DNA from: Camelus dromedarius | Taxonomy: Eukaryota | Direction of reading: 5' to 3' | Assembly: GCF_036321535.1 (NCBI RefSeq) | Contig: NC_087437.1 | Coordinates: 8,804,001-8,868,000 of the forward strand | DNA: 64,000 nucleotides | Shown: piece by piece, positions 60,980 to 64,000 of the stretch | How the letters are laid out: each line of letters begins with the position of its first letter | How positions within the stretch are numbered: position 1 is the stretch's first letter | Program-made: the position numbers and the translations under genes | The notes under the pieces: model-generated | Seen by the model: only the letters and a program-made list of their open reading frames with translations | What the model was told of the DNA's origin: nothing | Databases searched by the model: none

Positions 60980-62436
60980 TCCATACTGTTTTCATAGTGG
61001 CTGCACCAAATTACATTCCCACCAATATTGAATGAGGATCGCTTTTCTCACCAACACATTATCTCTTGTCTTTTTGATGACAGTCATTTTAACAGGTGTG
61101 AAGTGGCATCTCATTGTGGTTTTGATTTGCTTTCCCTAATGAATAGTGATGCTGAACAATTTTTTTCATACATCTATGAAGTGTCTCCTTTGGAAAAAGA
61201 ATTTATTCAAGACTTCTCATCCTTATTTATAGGATTGTTGTTTTTGCTATTGAGTTGTATGAGTTCCTGACATGCTTTGAATATTAACCCCTTATCAGGT
61301 AAGTGTTTGCAAATATTTTCTCCATTCCATAGATTGTTTTTTAATCTTGGTGATTTTCATCTTTTGCTATGCAGAAGTTTTTAGTTTGCTGTTATGCCAC
61401 TTGTTTCTTTTTGCCTTTGTTGCTTACACTTTTAGTATCATATGCAAAAATCATTGCCAAGACCAATGTCAGGGAGCATTTTCTCTGTATTTCCACCTGG
61501 CAGTTTATAGTTCTGGGTCTTATATATAGTCTATAATTCATTTTGTGTTAATTTTGGTGAGGGGTGTAAGACAGGGGCTTAATGCCATTCTTTTGCATGT
61601 GAATATTCAGTTTTCCCAACATCACTTATTGAAAATGCTATCCTCTTCCCACTGAGTATTCTTGGCACTGTTGTCAAATATCAGTTGACTGTATATGTGT
61701 GGATTTATTTCTGGGCTTTGAATTACGTTACATTGATCTGTGTGTCAGTTGTATGATGGTGGCATACTCTTTTGATTATTATAGCTTTGTAATAAAGTTT
61801 GAAATCAAGAATTGCGATGCCTCCAGCTTTGTTCTTTTTCCTTATGATTGCTTTGGCTACTCAGGTTCTTTTATGACTCCATATAAATGTTAGAATTTCT
61901 TTCTCTTCCTGTGAAAAATGCTATTGGAATTTTGGTAGGGATTGTGTTGAATTTGTAGGTTATTTTGGGTAGTATGGACATCTTAGCAATATTAATTCTT
62001 CTGATTCTCCTTCAACACAGGATGTCTTTCCATCTGTTTATGTCTTCTTTATTTTCTTTCATCAATGTCTTGCTATTTTCAGTGTATAGATCTTTCACCT
62101 TCTTGGTTGAATTTATTCTTAAGAATTTTATTATTTTTGATGCTATTTTAAATAGAATTGTTTTCTTCATTTCTTTTTCAGATAGTTCATTGTTAGTGTA
62201 TAGAAACACAAGTGATTTGTGTATGTTGATTTTTTGTATCCTGAAGTTTTACTGAATTCATTAATTAATTTTAATACTTTTTAGTGAAGCCTTTAAGATT
62301 TTACATATATAAAATTATATCATCTGCAAACAGACAGCTTTACCTTGTGGATGACTTTTATTTCTTTTTTTTTTAACCTGACTGCCCTAGCTAGGACTCC
62401 TAGTATTATGCTGAGTAAGAGTGGGCATCTTGTCTT

Positions 62437-62565
62437 TTTTTTTTTTTTGAGGGGATGGTAATTAGGTTTATTTATGTATTCTTTAACATTCATAATGAGG
62501 ATTGAACCCAGGACCTCATGAATGCTAGGCAAACACTCTACCACTGAGCTATTCCTTAGTCCCTA
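62437..62565 (-). mobile_element. Vic-1-type SINE in L1
   Basis: gtaattaggtttattt...attgaacccaggacctcatgaatgctaggc...ctctaccactgagctat; TSD gcatc(c)ttgtctt. Confidence 0.9.
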
Positions 62566-64000
62566 GCATCCTTGTCTTGGTCCTGATGTTAGAGGAAAAC
62601 TTTCAACCTTTGACCATTGAGTATGTTGTTACCTGTAGATCTGTTATGTATATGATCTTTATATGTTGAGGTATGTTCCTTATATATCCAAATTATTGTG
62701 AGCTTTTATCATGAAAGAATGTTGAATTTTATCAAATTCTTTTTTTTCTGCACCTATTGAGATGATCATATGATATTTACTTCCATTTTATTAATGCAGT
62801 GTATCACATTAATGATTTGCATATGTTGAACCCTCCTTGCATTCCAGTGATAAATCCCATTGGGTCATGATGTATGATCCTTTTAATGTGCTGTTGAATT
62901 TGGTTTGCTAGTATTTTGTTGAGAATGTGGCCATCCACAATCAAGGGATACTGGCCTTAAATTTTCTTTTCTTGAAGTGTCCTTATCTGGCTTTGGCATC
63001 AGAATAATGCTAGTGTCATAAAATGTTTTGGAGTGTTCCTTCACTTTTTTTTTTTTCAATTCCTCTTTTCTAACTTCAGTTTCAGAAAGTTTGGTGTTAA
63101 ATATTTGAATGTTTCATTGAATTTACTAGTGAAACCATCTGATTCTGGGCTTTTCTTTGATGGGAGATTTTTGATTTCTGATTTAATCTCCTTGTTTTTG
63201 GTCTGTTAAAATTTTCTATTTTTTCATAATTCAGTCTTGGTAGTCTATTTGTATGTTTCTAGGAATTTATCAATGTCTTCTAGGTTATCCAATTTTTGGC
63301 ATATTATTGTTCATATTCTCTTTGATCCTTTGTATTCCCTTGTGTCAATCATAATGTCTCTTTAAATTTTGACTGTATTTACTTGAATCTTCTCCCTTTA
63401 TTTCTTAGTCTAACTAATGGTTGGTAAGTTTTTTATCTTTTTTAAAAAAACAGATATTAATTCCATTGATCATTTTAATTATTTTTCTGATCTCTTCTGT
63501 TTTTTCTGCTCTTTGTTGTTTCCTTCCTTCTGCTAAATTTGGGCTTAGTTCTTTTTCTGTTTCCTTGAAGTGTGAAGTTAGGTTGTTTATTTTAGATCTT
63601 TCTTATTAATGTAGGAGTTCATCACTATAAACCTTCCTCTTAGAACTGCTTTTACTGCATCCCATAAGTTTCGGTATGTTTTGTTTCCACTTCATTTGTC
63701 TCAAGATATTTTTAAAATTTCCTTTTGATTTATTCCTTAACCCATTAATTGTTCAGTAGCATGTTTTTTAGCCTCCACATACTTGTGAATTTTCTGGTTT
63801 TCTTCCTGTTATTGATTTTTTAGTTCATACCATTGTTGTCAGAAAAAATGCTTAGTATGATTTCAGTCTTCTTAAATTTGCTAAGATTTGTCTTGTGACC
63901 TAATGTGTGATTTATCCTGGAAGATATTTCATGTGCACTTGAGAAAAATTGTGAATTACAATGCTTTGGGTGGGGCGGAATGGTCTGTGTGTGTCTGTTA

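Larger units (their letters stand above)
60180..64000 (-). mobile_element. Older L1 ORF2 region (host of a young L1 and a SINE), runs off the window
   Basis: Continuous antisense ORF2; ORF 62012..62209 (FLYTNNELSEKE...KDLYTEN...RWKDI) is L1 ORF2p. Confidence 0.92.

Overview
Mammalian non-coding genomic DNA, AT-rich and dominated by transposable elements. It is almost certainly from a camelid, because six copies of a tRNA-derived SINE of the Vic-1 type and artiodactyl-type L1 3' ends are present. No intact protein-coding gene, rRNA, functional tRNA or CRISPR array can be supported. Most listed ORFs are chance frames or L1 remnants. Repeat family names come from recalled consensus sequences, not from a RepeatMasker run, and old-repeat boundaries are approximate. 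The best-supported unusual structures are: (1) a 348-bp 'mini-L1' joining an L1 5' end directly to an L1 3' end inside a perfect 16-bp TSD; (2) a young L1 inserted into an older L1 with a 96-bp flanking duplication; (3) a head-to-tail SINE trimer whose middle unit is a recombinant of the outer two; (4) an 81-nt splice-flanked frame encoding a serine-protease-like RIVGGQEASP motif; (5) a 13-bp perfect inverted repeat made of two NR5A/ERR sites; and (6) several repeat-poor, CpG-retaining candidate regulatory blocks.
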